Positions 11,064 to 20,451 of a stretch of DNA of 64,000 nt are shown here, piece after piece (within the stretch, counting starts at the first letter, position 1; the number at the start of each line of letters is the position of its first letter). The position numbers were made by a program, and so were the translations under genes. Under the pieces are notes generated by a model. It was not told the origin of the DNA and did no database searches. It saw only the letters and a list, made by a program, of their open reading frames with translations. The DNA is taken from positions 51,587 through 115,586 of the forward strand of contig CAZTOU010000006.1 in assembly GCA_964615365.1 (NCBI GenBank), read 5' to 3'. Source of the stretch: an uncultured Spirochaetales bacterium (GTDB lineage: Bacteria > Myxococcota_A > UBA9160 > UBA6930).

Positions 11064-12776
11064 ATGCGCTGGTCGCAAGCATTCATCCCGACGCTGCGCG
11101 AGGACCCGGCCGATGCCGAGGCGCCGAGCCACAAGCTCCTGCTGCGCGCCGGCTTCGTCCGCCAGCTCATGACCGGCGCCTACTCGCTTCTGCCTCTGGG
11201 ACTGCGCGTGGCGTCCAAGATCGAAGGGATCATCCGCGAGGAGATGAATCGAATCGGCGGCCAGGAGTTCAGCCTCCCCGCCCTGCATCCCGCTGAGCTC
11301 TGGCAGAAGTCCGGCCGCTGGGATCTGTTCGGCGAGGAGCTCTTCCGGCTGCGCGACCGCCATGGCGCCGAGTTCTGTCTGGGCATGACCCACGAGGAGG
11401 TCTTCGCCACGATCGCCGCGGAGCTGCGTTCGTACAAGGAGCTGCCCCAGATCTGGTACCAGTTCCAGACCAAGTTCCGCGACGAGGCGCGTCCCAAGTC
11501 CGGTCTGCTGCGGGTGCGCGAGTTCCTGATGAAGGATGCCTACTCCCTCGACTTCACCGAAGAGGGACTGGATCACGCCTTCCAGCTGCACTTCGAAGCC
11601 TACCGACGCATTTTCGAGCGATGCGGTCTCGATACCATCGCGGTCGAGGCTTCCTCCGGTGCCATGGGCGGCAGCGAATCGATCGAGTTCATGATCCCGA
11701 GCGACGCGGGAGAGGACTGGATCGCCTCCTGCGATGGCTGCGGCTATGCCGCCAATACCGAGAAGGCCACCTCGGGCCTGATCCCTGTGGAGGATGCGCC
11801 CGCGCTGGATGTTCCCGAGAAGTTTCCGACCCCGGGCATCCGGACCATCGAGGATCTGGCCCGCTTCGAGGGCGGTGCGGCACCGGAGCGGCAGATCAAG
11901 ACCCTCGTCTACCTGATCGACGGGGAGACCACGCTGGTACTGCTGCGCGGCGACCATGCGCTCGTCGAGCAGAAGCTGCTCGACGGGACGGGGGCCACCG
12001 AACTCCGCCCTGCGGCGCCCGACGAGGTTCGTGCCGCGCTGGGTGCCGGGCCCGGGAGCCTGGGTGCCGTGGGCGTGAAGGACCACCCTGTTCTCGCCGA
12101 CCTGGCGCTTCGCGGCCGCACCGGCATGACCACGGGTGCAAACCAGGACGATTTCCACCTGCGCGGCGTGGACGTGGACCGCGACATTCAGGCGAGCCGG
12201 TGGCTCGATCTTCGGGAGGTCGCCGAGGGCGACCTCTGTCCCGCCTGTGAAGCGCCGCTCAGCGTCCGCAAGACCATCGAGGTGGGCCACGTCTTCAAGC
12301 TGGGAACGAAGTACAGCGAGGCGCTTCGGGCTCTGGTTCAGGATGAAGCGGGCGAGGCTCGCCCCATCATCATGGGCTCCTACGGGATCGGGATCGGTCG
12401 CAGCATGGCTTCGGTGGTGGAGTCTTGCCACGACGAGAACGGAATCATCTGGCCGCTCTCGATCGCGCCTTTCGAGGTCGTGGTGACCGTGGTGAACCCC
12501 AAGGACGTGGAATGCAGCGAGGTGGCGCAGCACATCTACGAGGCGCTGCAGGGCGAGGGGATCGAGGTTCTCATCGACGACCGCGGCGAGCGACCCGGCG
12601 TCAAGTTCAAGGACGCCGAGCTGGTGGGGATTCCCTACCGGATCACCGTCGGGCCGAAGGGCCTGGCGAACGGCAAGGTCGAGGTGTTCCGCCGCCGGGG
12701 CGGCCGCAAGCGCGAAGTGGACGCCCAGAGAGCCGCAGACGCCGTCATCAACAACGTTTTGGAGGAGCGCCGCTAG
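11064..12776 (+). CDS. proS: proline--tRNA ligase
   Basis: 570 aa. N-terminus MRWSQAFIPTLREDPADAEAPSHKLLLRAGFVRQ; class II motifs; an editing-domain-sized insertion; C-terminal anticodon-binding region. GGAGGGAGGG lies upstream. Confidence 0.95.
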   Translation: MRWSQAFIPTLREDPADAEAPSHKLLLRAGFVRQLMTGAYSLLPLGLRVASKIEGIIREEMNRIGGQEFSLPALHPAELWQKSGRWDLFGEELFRLRDRHGAEFCLGMTHEEVFATIAAELRSYKELPQIWYQFQTKFRDEARPKSGLLRVREFLMKDAYSLDFTEEGLDHAFQLHFEAYRRIFERCGLDTIAVEASSGAMGGSESIEFMIPSDAGEDWIASCDGCGYAANTEKATSGLIPVEDAPALDVPEKFPTPGIRTIEDLARFEGGAAPERQIKTLVYLIDGETTLVLLRGDHALVEQKLLDGTGATELRPAAPDEVRAALGAGPGSLGAVGVKDHPVLADLALRGRTGMTTGANQDDFHLRGVDVDRDIQASRWLDLREVAEGDLCPACEAPLSVRKTIEVGHVFKLGTKYSEALRALVQDEAGEARPIIMGSYGIGIGRSMASVVESCHDENGIIWPLSIAPFEVVVTVVNPKDVECSEVAQHIYEALQGEGIEVLIDDRGERPGVKFKDAELVGIPYRITVGPKGLANGKVEVFRRRGGRKREVDAQRAADAVINNVLEERR

Positions 12777-12861
12777 GGCAAGCGCCGAAGGCGCGCGAAG
12801 TTCGGTAAGGCTGGTGTGCGCAGCCTTCTCCCGGCGCGGAGCTGCGGTATTCTGGGCGGCG

Positions 12862-13428
12862 ATGTCGGTATCCGCTTCGTCTCAGCGCCGCGGTCGCTGG
12901 CTCACCTGGGCAAACGGGCTCACGGCCTCGCGCCTGGTGGCGGCGCCGCTCCTCGCCCTGGCGATCCTGCGCGAGGCAGACGGGGTGGCGCTGGTCATCT
13001 TCGTCGCGGCGGTGCTGACGGATTTCCTCGACGGACCGGTGGCGCGCCGCTCCGGGGAAGCCTCCTCCTTGGGAGGTCTTCTCGACCACGCCACCGATGC
13101 GGTCTTCGTCACCGCTGGGACCGGCGCCCTTGGCTACACCGGCCAGGTTCCAGTGCTCCTTCCCTGTCTGATCGCCGCCGCATTCATCCAGTACTCCGTC
13201 GATTCCCGGGTGGCGGGTGGCGGGTCGCTCCGCACCAGCTTCCTCGGGCGCTGGAACGGGGTCGCCTACTACGTGCTGCTCGGGATCCCCGTGGTGCGCG
13301 ACGGCCTGGGCCTGGCCTGGCCCGGCGCTCTGCTGGTGAGCGCGATCGGATGGGCGCTGGTGGCGAGCACGCTGGTCTCGATGGCGGACCGCCTCCGGCC
13401 GGGGTTGCGCCGTGGTGCCGATGCGTAG
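12862..13428 (+). CDS. CDP-alcohol phosphatidyltransferase (PgsA-like)
   Basis: DFLDGPVARRSGEASSLGGLLDHATDAVF matches D(x2)DG(x2)AR(x8)G(x3)D(x3)D exactly. Polytopic and hydrophobic. ATG at 12862 within track ORF 12814..13428. Confidence 0.8.
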   Translation: MSVSASSQRRGRWLTWANGLTASRLVAAPLLALAILREADGVALVIFVAAVLTDFLDGPVARRSGEASSLGGLLDHATDAVFVTAGTGALGYTGQVPVLLPCLIAAAFIQYSVDSRVAGGGSLRTSFLGRWNGVAYYVLLGIPVVRDGLGLAWPGALLVSAIGWALVASTLVSMADRLRPGLRRGADA

Positions 13429-14560
13429 CGCCCTCAAGACGACGGCACTCTTTTGCGTCTCCGCGCTGCTGGCCGTCGCGATCGCCGAGGTAGCGCTGCG
13501 TATCTTCGCGCCGATTCCCTACTCGATGAAGGTCGAGTACCAGACCGATCCATTCCTGAGACTGAAGCTGGAGCCGAAGCGCGTCTACCGCCTCGCCGAC
13601 GGGGGCAGCTGTACGGTGAACTCCGCCGGCTACCGCGGTCCCGAGTTCGAGATCCCAAAACCTCCGAAGCTGTTCAGGATCGTGGCCCTGGGCGGTTCCT
13701 CCACCTTCTCCTACCAGACCGACGACGCGCAGATCTGGACGCGACGGCTGGAGGAGAAGCTCCGCGCCCGCTTCGGCGGCGGGATCGAGGTGGTGAACGC
13801 CGGCGTGCCGGGTTACAGCGTCTTCAACTCGAAGGTCAGCTACCTCTACCGGATCCGCGACCTCGAGCCCGACGCGCTGCTCCTCTATCACACCTGGAAC
13901 GACATGAAGTTCTTCCGCCGCATAGAGAAGGGGCACGCCTTCAGTGCGGCTCCATTTCGCCGACGCCCGCTGCGCGACTTCCTGCGCCGCTTCCAGATCG
14001 TGTGGCGCTCGCGCAGCCTCTTCTACCTCGACGAAGACGGCCTTCCACCCAGAGAGGACGGCTGGCTGGAGGCCGATCCGTCCGAGTCGGTCGTCATCTC
14101 CGAAAGCGGTCGGGCCCACCGCTGGGAACGGGCCCAGTACGAAGATCTGGCCCTGCTGGCCAGCACGGACGGCGTGCTGCCTGTCTTCGTCTCGCAGGCG
14201 GGGCTTCTCGCCGATGAGAACCTCGATGATTCCGTGGTGCGCCGTCGCGTCTACACCGAGTACCAGGGTCTCGACTACCCGGAGGTCCTGCGTCAGTGGA
14301 AGGCGATTGGCGCCATCCAGCGCGGTGCGGCGGAGCGCCACGGCGGGCTCTTCATCGATGCCTACCGAACGGTTCCCCACCGGATCGAGAACTTCCGCGA
14401 TCACGTTCACCTGACGCCGGCCGGGAACGAGGCGGTCGCAGCGGCGATCTTCGCTGGACTCACCGGGAGCCCGGTCTTCACCGAGCGGCTGGCCGCCTCA
14501 GGTGCTCTGCGAGGCGCGCGACCCGAACAGCTCGCGACTGACGCGGCGCAGGAAGACTAG
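13421..14560 (+). CDS. membrane-anchored SGNH/GDSL-family hydrolase
   Basis: The ATG at 13421 overlaps the upstream stop. N-terminal anchor ALFCVSALLAVAIAEVAL. Block I is IVALGGSSTF, block III is VVNAGVPGY, block V is DHVHLTPAGN. Confidence 0.75.
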   Translation: MRSALKTTALFCVSALLAVAIAEVALRIFAPIPYSMKVEYQTDPFLRLKLEPKRVYRLADGGSCTVNSAGYRGPEFEIPKPPKLFRIVALGGSSTFSYQTDDAQIWTRRLEEKLRARFGGGIEVVNAGVPGYSVFNSKVSYLYRIRDLEPDALLLYHTWNDMKFFRRIEKGHAFSAAPFRRRPLRDFLRRFQIVWRSRSLFYLDEDGLPPREDGWLEADPSESVVISESGRAHRWERAQYEDLALLASTDGVLPVFVSQAGLLADENLDDSVVRRRVYTEYQGLDYPEVLRQWKAIGAIQRGAAERHGGLFIDAYRTVPHRIENFRDHVHLTPAGNEAVAAAIFAGLTGSPVFTERLAASGALRGARPEQLATDAAQED

Positions 14561-15493
14561 ACCGATCGCGGCATTGAACAGTATGAAGAAGTTGTGCTGG
14601 ACGATGCCGAACGCCGTCACCCTAGCCGCGTCGTAGTCGGGAAGCAGGAGCGACCACATGGTGATGGCGACGGCGCGGAAGGGGCCCGGGACGAGGGTGC
14701 TGAAGAAGATCACCGGCAGGTAGCCGAGCATGTCGAGAAAGCCGAGGGGGACACCGAATAGCTCCGCTGCCTCCGAGTAGACCCAGGCCGCGGCCACCAG
14801 CGCCGGGGAGCGGATCACGATGATGGTCAGGTAGTACCAGGGGCTGGCGTTGCGAAACGAGAGAAAGACCTGGCGCTCTCGGAGCGTGGAGGAGGCGAAG
14901 CGGGGGCTCCGGAAGTAGTAGACGAACGCCGCGAAGAAGAGCAGGGCGACTGCGGCGATCCAGGGAATCCAGTGAAAGAGTTCGGGAAGCTGGTTCCAGC
15001 GCAGCGTCACGCCCTCCATCGCCCAGAAGAGCAGGTAGTAGAACTCGCAGAACATGATGAAGAGAATGCTCGAGCCGATCTGCCAGCCCGGGACGCCGTC
15101 GCGGCGATTCAGGTAGACGGCGATCGCTCCCTTGCCGACCTGCTCGTTCACGATCGAGATGATGTAGCTGCTGGCGCGCACCGGGAGCAGAGCCAGGTAC
15201 GGAACTCTGGTATTGAACCAGTTCACCACCCGCCAGAGCACGAGCGTGTCGATCAGCAGGTAGAGGAACGAATAGGGAACCATTAGTGCCAGCCAGCGGG
15301 TCCACTTCACACTGGCGAAGATGTCGCCGAGGTACGCCAGCGCCGTCTGTGGTGGCTGCTGGCTCTGCGCGGCCCCCTCGATGCGGAAGTAGAGGAAGCC
15401 GAAGCAGACGATGGTGATCGCCCACGGCAGCAGGCGCTTCCACAGGGCCGGGCGCGGCTTCGAACCACCTTGCGGTTCGGGATTCGCGTTCAC
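14498..15493 (-). CDS. polytopic membrane protein, flippase-like / LPG-synthase-TM (UPF0104)-like
   Basis: Only the last 331 codons of track ORF 14498..15916 are hydrophobic and coding-like. The GTG at 15493 overlaps the upstream stop (GTGA). It has about 8 predicted TM segments. The family call is tentative. Confidence 0.65.
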   Translation of the reverse strand: MNANPEPQGGSKPRPALWKRLLPWAITIVCFGFLYFRIEGAAQSQQPPQTALAYLGDIFASVKWTRWLALMVPYSFLYLLIDTLVLWRVVNWFNTRVPYLALLPVRASSYIISIVNEQVGKGAIAVYLNRRDGVPGWQIGSSILFIMFCEFYYLLFWAMEGVTLRWNQLPELFHWIPWIAAVALLFFAAFVYYFRSPRFASSTLRERQVFLSFRNASPWYYLTIIVIRSPALVAAAWVYSEAAELFGVPLGFLDMLGYLPVIFFSTLVPGPFRAVAITMWSLLLPDYDAARVTAFGIVQHNFFILFNAAIGLVFLRRVSRELFGSRASQST

Positions 15494-16428
15494 CGGATGC
15501 CTCCCTCCTCCCCCAGACAGCGCCGCAGCGTCTCGTCGAGGGGTGTGAGCGTCAACCGGAGCCGCTCGCAGCAGGGACTCGGGTCGATCTGGTCGTCGTG
15601 CTCGAGAACTCCCAGCATCGCGGGGGTGATCGGAGGATTCTCCGAGAAGCGCTCTGCCAGCCGGGCGAAGAGCTTGGCTACGGCCAGGGGGACCGGTAGG
15701 AATCGCGGCTTCTTCGCGGCCAGCCCGGCCGCGCGGAGCACCAGCTCCCGGTGGCTCAAGGACTCGGGACCGGCCAGATCCAGGACCGCGTCGTCGCCTT
15801 CTTCCTCGGAGAGAGCGTTCTCGATCGCAGTCGCCACGTCCTCCGCGTCGATCGGCTGCTCCAGGGAGGTGCCGCCGCGCACCAGCGGGACGAGGGAGGA
15901 CCGGAGCTTGCTGCACAGGGCGAAGGCCGCGATCTCACCCGGGCCGAGCACCATCGGCACCCGGAGCACCGTGACCGGTACGGGGCAGTCGAGCAGGATG
16001 CGCTCCGCTCTTCCCTTCGACGCCAGGCAGGCGTTCTCCGCCTCGGGGTGCGCGCCGAGGATGCTCAGATACACGATTCGGCGAGTGCCCGCGCTCTCGG
16101 CGGCGCGGGCCAGGGCGCTGCAGGAGGCCTCGTGGGCATCGACGTAGCGGGCGCTCGCGGTCTCCTTCAGGATTCCGATCAGGTGGACGATGCGGTCGCA
16201 TCCCCCCGCCGCTGTAGTGACCGAGTCGGCGTCACCGTAGTCGACGATGCGGATCTCCGGACGGCATTCCTCGGGAAGATCGCGAAGGGCGTTCGCGGCC
16301 CGCTCCGAGCGCACCAGGGCGCGCACCTCCGGGGGAGCCGATCCTCGCGAGAGCAGGCTTCGGATCAACCGGACTCCGACGTGACCGTTGGCACCAGTTA
16401 CGAGAATGCGCCGCTGTCGCTCCGTCAC
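15490..16428 (-). CDS. NAD(P)-binding epimerase/dehydratase-like (NmrA/SDR extended) protein
   Basis: ILVTGANGHVGVRLIRSL is a Rossmann motif. The start is either the GTG at 16428 (MTERQRRILVTG) or the GTG at 16494. Confidence 0.8.
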   Translation of the reverse strand: MTERQRRILVTGANGHVGVRLIRSLLSRGSAPPEVRALVRSERAANALRDLPEECRPEIRIVDYGDADSVTTAAGGCDRIVHLIGILKETASARYVDAHEASCSALARAAESAGTRRIVYLSILGAHPEAENACLASKGRAERILLDCPVPVTVLRVPMVLGPGEIAAFALCSKLRSSLVPLVRGGTSLEQPIDAEDVATAIENALSEEEGDDAVLDLAGPESLSHRELVLRAAGLAAKKPRFLPVPLAVAKLFARLAERFSENPPITPAMLGVLEHDDQIDPSPCCERLRLTLTPLDETLRRCLGEEGGIR

Positions 16429-16507
16429 CCGAACTCGACCCCTTGCGGACGCGTCGTTCCAGCCACCCGATCCGTCTCCCACCCCGCTATCCACGGGGTG
16501 ACTCCTC

Positions 16508-18760
16508 TTAGGGTACCACCGCTTCCCCGTCCTCGGGCTGGTGGGATGGAGCCAGGCGGATCGGGAGGAGCTTGTAGGCGGGGGTGCCGCTCCCGGGGGC
16601 GAGGTGGTCGATGGGATAGAGCGGATTGGCTTCCGGGAAGTAGCTGACGGCGCAACCGGCCGGGACGTCGTAGGAGACGGCTGCGAGGCCAGAGACGCTG
16701 CGGCTCCGGCCGCCCAGGCGGCTGGTCAGGTCCAGGCGTTGCCCCTCTGCGATGCCCAGCTCTTCCATGTCCGCGCCGTTCAGCAGAACCACGCGGCGTC
16801 CGCCGCGGATGCCGCGATGGAGGTCATCGCCCCCGTAGACGGTGGTGTTGAACTGATCGTGGCTGCGCACCGTCATCAGGAGCAGCTGTCCGTCGGCCCG
16901 CTCGATCTCGGGAAGCGGCACGATCCGGAAGCTACCGCGACCCGTGGGCGTGGCGAACTCCCGATTCCGTGGCCCGTTCGGAAGCGCGAATCCCCCCGGC
17001 TCGCGAACCCGCTCGCCCATCTGCTCGAAGCCCGGGATGACCCGGGAGATTCGCACCCGGATCTCCTCGTAGTCCCGGATCAGCTCCTCCCACGGTACCC
17101 GGGTGGCGTCGCCGAGTGTCGCGCGGGCCATTCCGGCGATGATCGCGGGCTCGCTGCGAAGGGCCGCCGATGCGGGGGTCTGTCGCCCCTGTGAGCGGTG
17201 CACCACCCCCATCGAGTTCTCGACGGTCGCGAACTGGTCGCCGCTGTCCTCCGGGTCGCGCTCGCTCCTGCACAGGCTGGGGAGAATCAGCGCCTCCTCG
17301 CCCGTGATCAGGTGGCTGCGGTTCAGCCGCGTGGCGACGTGGACGGTGAGACGACAGCGGCGCAGCGCCCTTTCGGTGAACTCGGTGTCCGGAGAGGCGG
17401 CTGCGAAGTTGCCGCCCAGACCGATGAGGGCCCGCACCTTCCCGTCGTGCATGGCGCGGATCGCCTCGACGCAGTCGTAGCCGGCCTCGGTGGGCGCCGT
17501 GAACTCGAACTCACGGTCCAGGCGCTGCAGGAAGGCCCGATCCGGCTTCGAGGTGATGCCCATGCTGCGGATTCCCTCCGCGTTGCTGTGGCCGGGCAGC
17601 GGGCAGAGGCCGGCGCCGGGTCTTCCGAGGTTGCCGCGCAGCATGAGCAGATTGGCGACCTCCTGGACGTTCTCCGCTCCGTGTCGGTGCTGGCAGAGTC
17701 CCGTGGCCCAGCATGCGATCACCCGCTCGGAGGCGGCGTAGATCTCCGCGATCTCGGCCATCTCCTGCTGGGGTACGCCGCTCTGGTCGACCAGCTCCTC
17801 GAAGCTCCACTCGGCGAGGTTCTGGCGTAGCGCTTCGAAGCCCTCGCAGTGCCGGTCGATGAAGTCCCGGTCGAGCACGCTTCCCGGGCGGAGGCTCTCG
17901 AGGGCGAGGACCTCCTTCATGATGCCCTTGAGGAGCGCGATGTCTCCTCCGATCCGGACGCGGACGAAACGCTCTGCCAGAGCGGCGGCACCGGCGAATG
18001 GATTGCCCGGGGGGCAGAAGCGCAGCAGACCCCGCTCGCGGAGGGGGTTGATGCTGAGCACCCTGCACCCCCGCTTCACCGCCTTCGCGAGCGCGCCCAG
18101 CATGCGCGGGTGGGTGGTGCCCGGGTTCTGTCCCAGCACCAGGATCAGGTCGGCCTGCTCGAAGTCGTCCAGGCAGACCGTTCCCTTCCCGCTGCCGATC
18201 ACCAGGGAGAGACCGGCGCGTCCGGACTCGTCACAGAGCTGGGAGGAGCTGGGCAGGCTGTTGGTGCCGAACTGCCGGGCGAAGAGCTGGTAGAGAAAGG
18301 CGGCCTCGTTGCTGGTTCGGCCCGAGCTGTAGAACACGACCTCCCGCGGAGACTCGACGAGCCGCAGGATCTCTCCGATGCGGTGGAAGGCGGCGTTCCA
18401 CGAGATCGGCTCGTATCGAACCGCGCCGGGGCGCAGGACCATCGGTTCCGCGATGCGGCCCTGCTGCTCGAGCCATTGGCCGCTCTGCTTCATGAGGAGC
18501 GGGATCGACTGGTGGGAGAAGAACTCGCGGGAGAGGAGGGGGCCGCCGAGCTCGTGGGCGATGGCCTTGACGCCGTTCTCGCAGCACTCGATCAGCGCCC
18601 GCTTCGATCTCTCCGGCCACGCGCAGCCGGGACAGTCGAAGCCGTTCTTCTGGTTCACCCGGAGCAGCGCGGGAAGGGTCTTCGAAAGACCCGCTCGAGA
18701 AGCGCGCTTGAGGCCGGTCCAGATTGCGCCCGGCCCCCCTGCCGCCTTGCCACCGGCCAT
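16508..18760 (-). CDS. FdhF/YdeP-family molybdopterin oxidoreductase
   Basis: 750 aa. The N-terminal NQKNGFDCPGCAWPE motif, molybdopterin-oxidoreductase-sized core and C-terminal barrel region are typical of YdeP-like proteins. Confidence 0.85.
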   Translation of the reverse strand: MAGGKAAGGPGAIWTGLKRASRAGLSKTLPALLRVNQKNGFDCPGCAWPERSKRALIECCENGVKAIAHELGGPLLSREFFSHQSIPLLMKQSGQWLEQQGRIAEPMVLRPGAVRYEPISWNAAFHRIGEILRLVESPREVVFYSSGRTSNEAAFLYQLFARQFGTNSLPSSSQLCDESGRAGLSLVIGSGKGTVCLDDFEQADLILVLGQNPGTTHPRMLGALAKAVKRGCRVLSINPLRERGLLRFCPPGNPFAGAAALAERFVRVRIGGDIALLKGIMKEVLALESLRPGSVLDRDFIDRHCEGFEALRQNLAEWSFEELVDQSGVPQQEMAEIAEIYAASERVIACWATGLCQHRHGAENVQEVANLLMLRGNLGRPGAGLCPLPGHSNAEGIRSMGITSKPDRAFLQRLDREFEFTAPTEAGYDCVEAIRAMHDGKVRALIGLGGNFAAASPDTEFTERALRRCRLTVHVATRLNRSHLITGEEALILPSLCRSERDPEDSGDQFATVENSMGVVHRSQGRQTPASAALRSEPAIIAGMARATLGDATRVPWEELIRDYEEIRVRISRVIPGFEQMGERVREPGGFALPNGPRNREFATPTGRGSFRIVPLPEIERADGQLLLMTVRSHDQFNTTVYGGDDLHRGIRGGRRVVLLNGADMEELGIAEGQRLDLTSRLGGRSRSVSGLAAVSYDVPAGCAVSYFPEANPLYPIDHLAPGSGTPAYKLLPIRLAPSHQPEDGEAVVP

Positions 18761-18824
18761 TTGCCCTCCGCGGCCGGAGTCTAGCCTGGATTCTTCACGA
18801 TCCCTCGCACCCTGCCCGCAAGAG

Positions 18825-19631
18825 TCATGGGGCGACCTCGCGGAGAAAACGCCCGATCCGCCGGAAGTACTCTGCGCCGCCCACCAGGGTGGTGTCGTTG
18901 TGTCCGGCGCCCGCGATCGTCTCGAAGGTCTTTGGCTCGGGAGCTGCCGCGAACAGGCGCCGCCCTAGCTCGAACGGAATGATCCGATCCCCGTCGCCAT
19001 GGAAGAAGAGGAGCGGACAGCGCGCGCGCCGGATCTTCTCGTCGGAGGGGAAGCGCCGACCGATCAGGGCTCCGAGCGGGATTCCGATCGCCTCCCGAGC
19101 CACGTCGGCAATCGAGGTGAAGGTGCTCTCCAGGATCAGCCCGGCCAGCCGTCGCTCCGCCGCCAGGTCCACGGCCACCGCCCCGCCCAGAGAGCGGCCG
19201 AAGACGATGATCCTCTCGGGCGAATAGCCGCGGCTCTTCTGCAAGTGCTCGAGTCCGGCCCGCGCGTCCGCATACACGCCGTCTTCGTCGGGTCTTCCTT
19301 CGCTGAGTCCATACCCGCGGTAATCCAGCAGGAGGACGTCGACGCCGAGAGACGCCAGATCGGCGGCGTTGGGGAGGCGGTGGGAGGCATTCCCTGCATT
19401 CCCGTGGAGAAACAGAAGAGAGCGCGTGGCGCCGGGCGCGGGCAGGAAGAAGGCGTGGATCCGGACGCCGTCCTCGGTGGTGAGGAAGAGACTCTCGGCC
19501 TCGATGCCGAGGGCCTCGGGCGTCACGTCGACTCCCGGGGACGGTTGGAAGATCAGACGGTCGAACAGAGCGAGCTGCAAGAGGAAGATTCCGACGAGAA
19601 GCGAGATTGCTGCCAGCAGCAGGAGCCGCAT
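18825..19631 (-). CDS. alpha/beta hydrolase with N-terminal membrane anchor
   Basis: MRLLLLAAISLLVGIFLLQLAL anchor; LLFLHGNAGN; nucleophile elbow GRSLGG; C-terminal GAGHND. Confidence 0.8.
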   Translation of the reverse strand: MRLLLLAAISLLVGIFLLQLALFDRLIFQPSPGVDVTPEALGIEAESLFLTTEDGVRIHAFFLPAPGATRSLLFLHGNAGNASHRLPNAADLASLGVDVLLLDYRGYGLSEGRPDEDGVYADARAGLEHLQKSRGYSPERIIVFGRSLGGAVAVDLAAERRLAGLILESTFTSIADVAREAIGIPLGALIGRRFPSDEKIRRARCPLLFFHGDGDRIIPFELGRRLFAAAPEPKTFETIAGAGHNDTTLVGGAEYFRRIGRFLREVAP

Positions 19632-19641
19632 CGGCCCCGAG

Positions 19642-19956
19642 CTACATCCCCAGTTCGAGGCGGGCGGCCTCGGACATCATGCCGGGATCCCAGGGTGGGT
19701 CCCAGATCAGATCGATCTGGACGTCGCGAACCCCCTCGATCTTCCGGGCCCTGGTCTCGATCTCCACCGGCAGGATCTCCGCCACCGGGCACATCGGCGA
19801 GGTGAGGGTCATCTCGATGCGGACGGCCCCGCTCTCTTCCACGTGCACCTCGTACACCAGACCGAGCTCAAAGATGTTCACGGGAATCTCCGGGTCGTAA
19901 ACCTCCCGGAGCATAGCGACCACATCCTGCTTCACTTTCGCACAGCCGGGATCCAT
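19642..19956 (-). CDS. sufT: DUF59/SufT-type Fe-S cluster assembly protein
   Basis: VYDPEIPVNIFELGLVY...MTLTSPMCPVAE...IWDPPWDPGMMSEAARLELGM is the canonical DUF59 signature. It is the last gene of the suf operon. Confidence 0.85.
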   Translation of the reverse strand: MDPGCAKVKQDVVAMLREVYDPEIPVNIFELGLVYEVHVEESGAVRIEMTLTSPMCPVAEILPVEIETRARKIEGVRDVQIDLIWDPPWDPGMMSEAARLELGM

Positions 19957-19995
19957 CTCCCACTCCTCGTCCGAATCATTCGACTCGAGTAGAGA

Positions 19996-20451
19996 TCATT
20001 CAGTCTTGGCCACGTCGCCGTCGCCCCACATCGCGGAGCGAAGCGTGTGCCAGGGCAGGGTCGCGCACTTGACGCGCATCGGGTACTCGCGGACACCGCC
20101 GAAGACGCGGAGCTTGCCGAGCGCCCCCAGGTCGTTCTCCGAGGCGGACGGACCGGCTACCAGCTCGTGAAAACGATCGAAGACCTCGATCACCTCGTTC
20201 AGCGTCTTGCCCTTCACGGCCTGGGTCATCATCGAGGCGGAGGCCGTCGAGATCGCACATCCCGAGCCCTGGAACCCGATCTCCTGGACCACGCCGTCGT
20301 CGTCCAGCGTCACGTAGACGGTCACCTTGTCCCCGCAGAGCGGGTTCGAGCCGTTTGCCTCCCGGTTCGAATCCTCGGGCTTGCAGAAGTTCCTGGGCTT
20401 CTTGTTGTGATCCAGGATGGTGGTCTGGTAGAGCTCGCGAAGATCCGACAT
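19996..20451 (-). CDS. sufU: SUF-type NifU/IscU-like scaffold or sulfur acceptor
   Basis: NPLCGDKVTVYV, GFQGSGCAISTASASMM and a late Cys in VKCATLPWHTL. The start overlaps the sufS stop by 1 nt. Confidence 0.9.
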   Translation of the reverse strand: MSDLRELYQTTILDHNKKPRNFCKPEDSNREANGSNPLCGDKVTVYVTLDDDGVVQEIGFQGSGCAISTASASMMTQAVKGKTLNEVIEVFDRFHELVAGPSASENDLGALGKLRVFGGVREYPMRVKCATLPWHTLRSAMWGDGDVAKTE

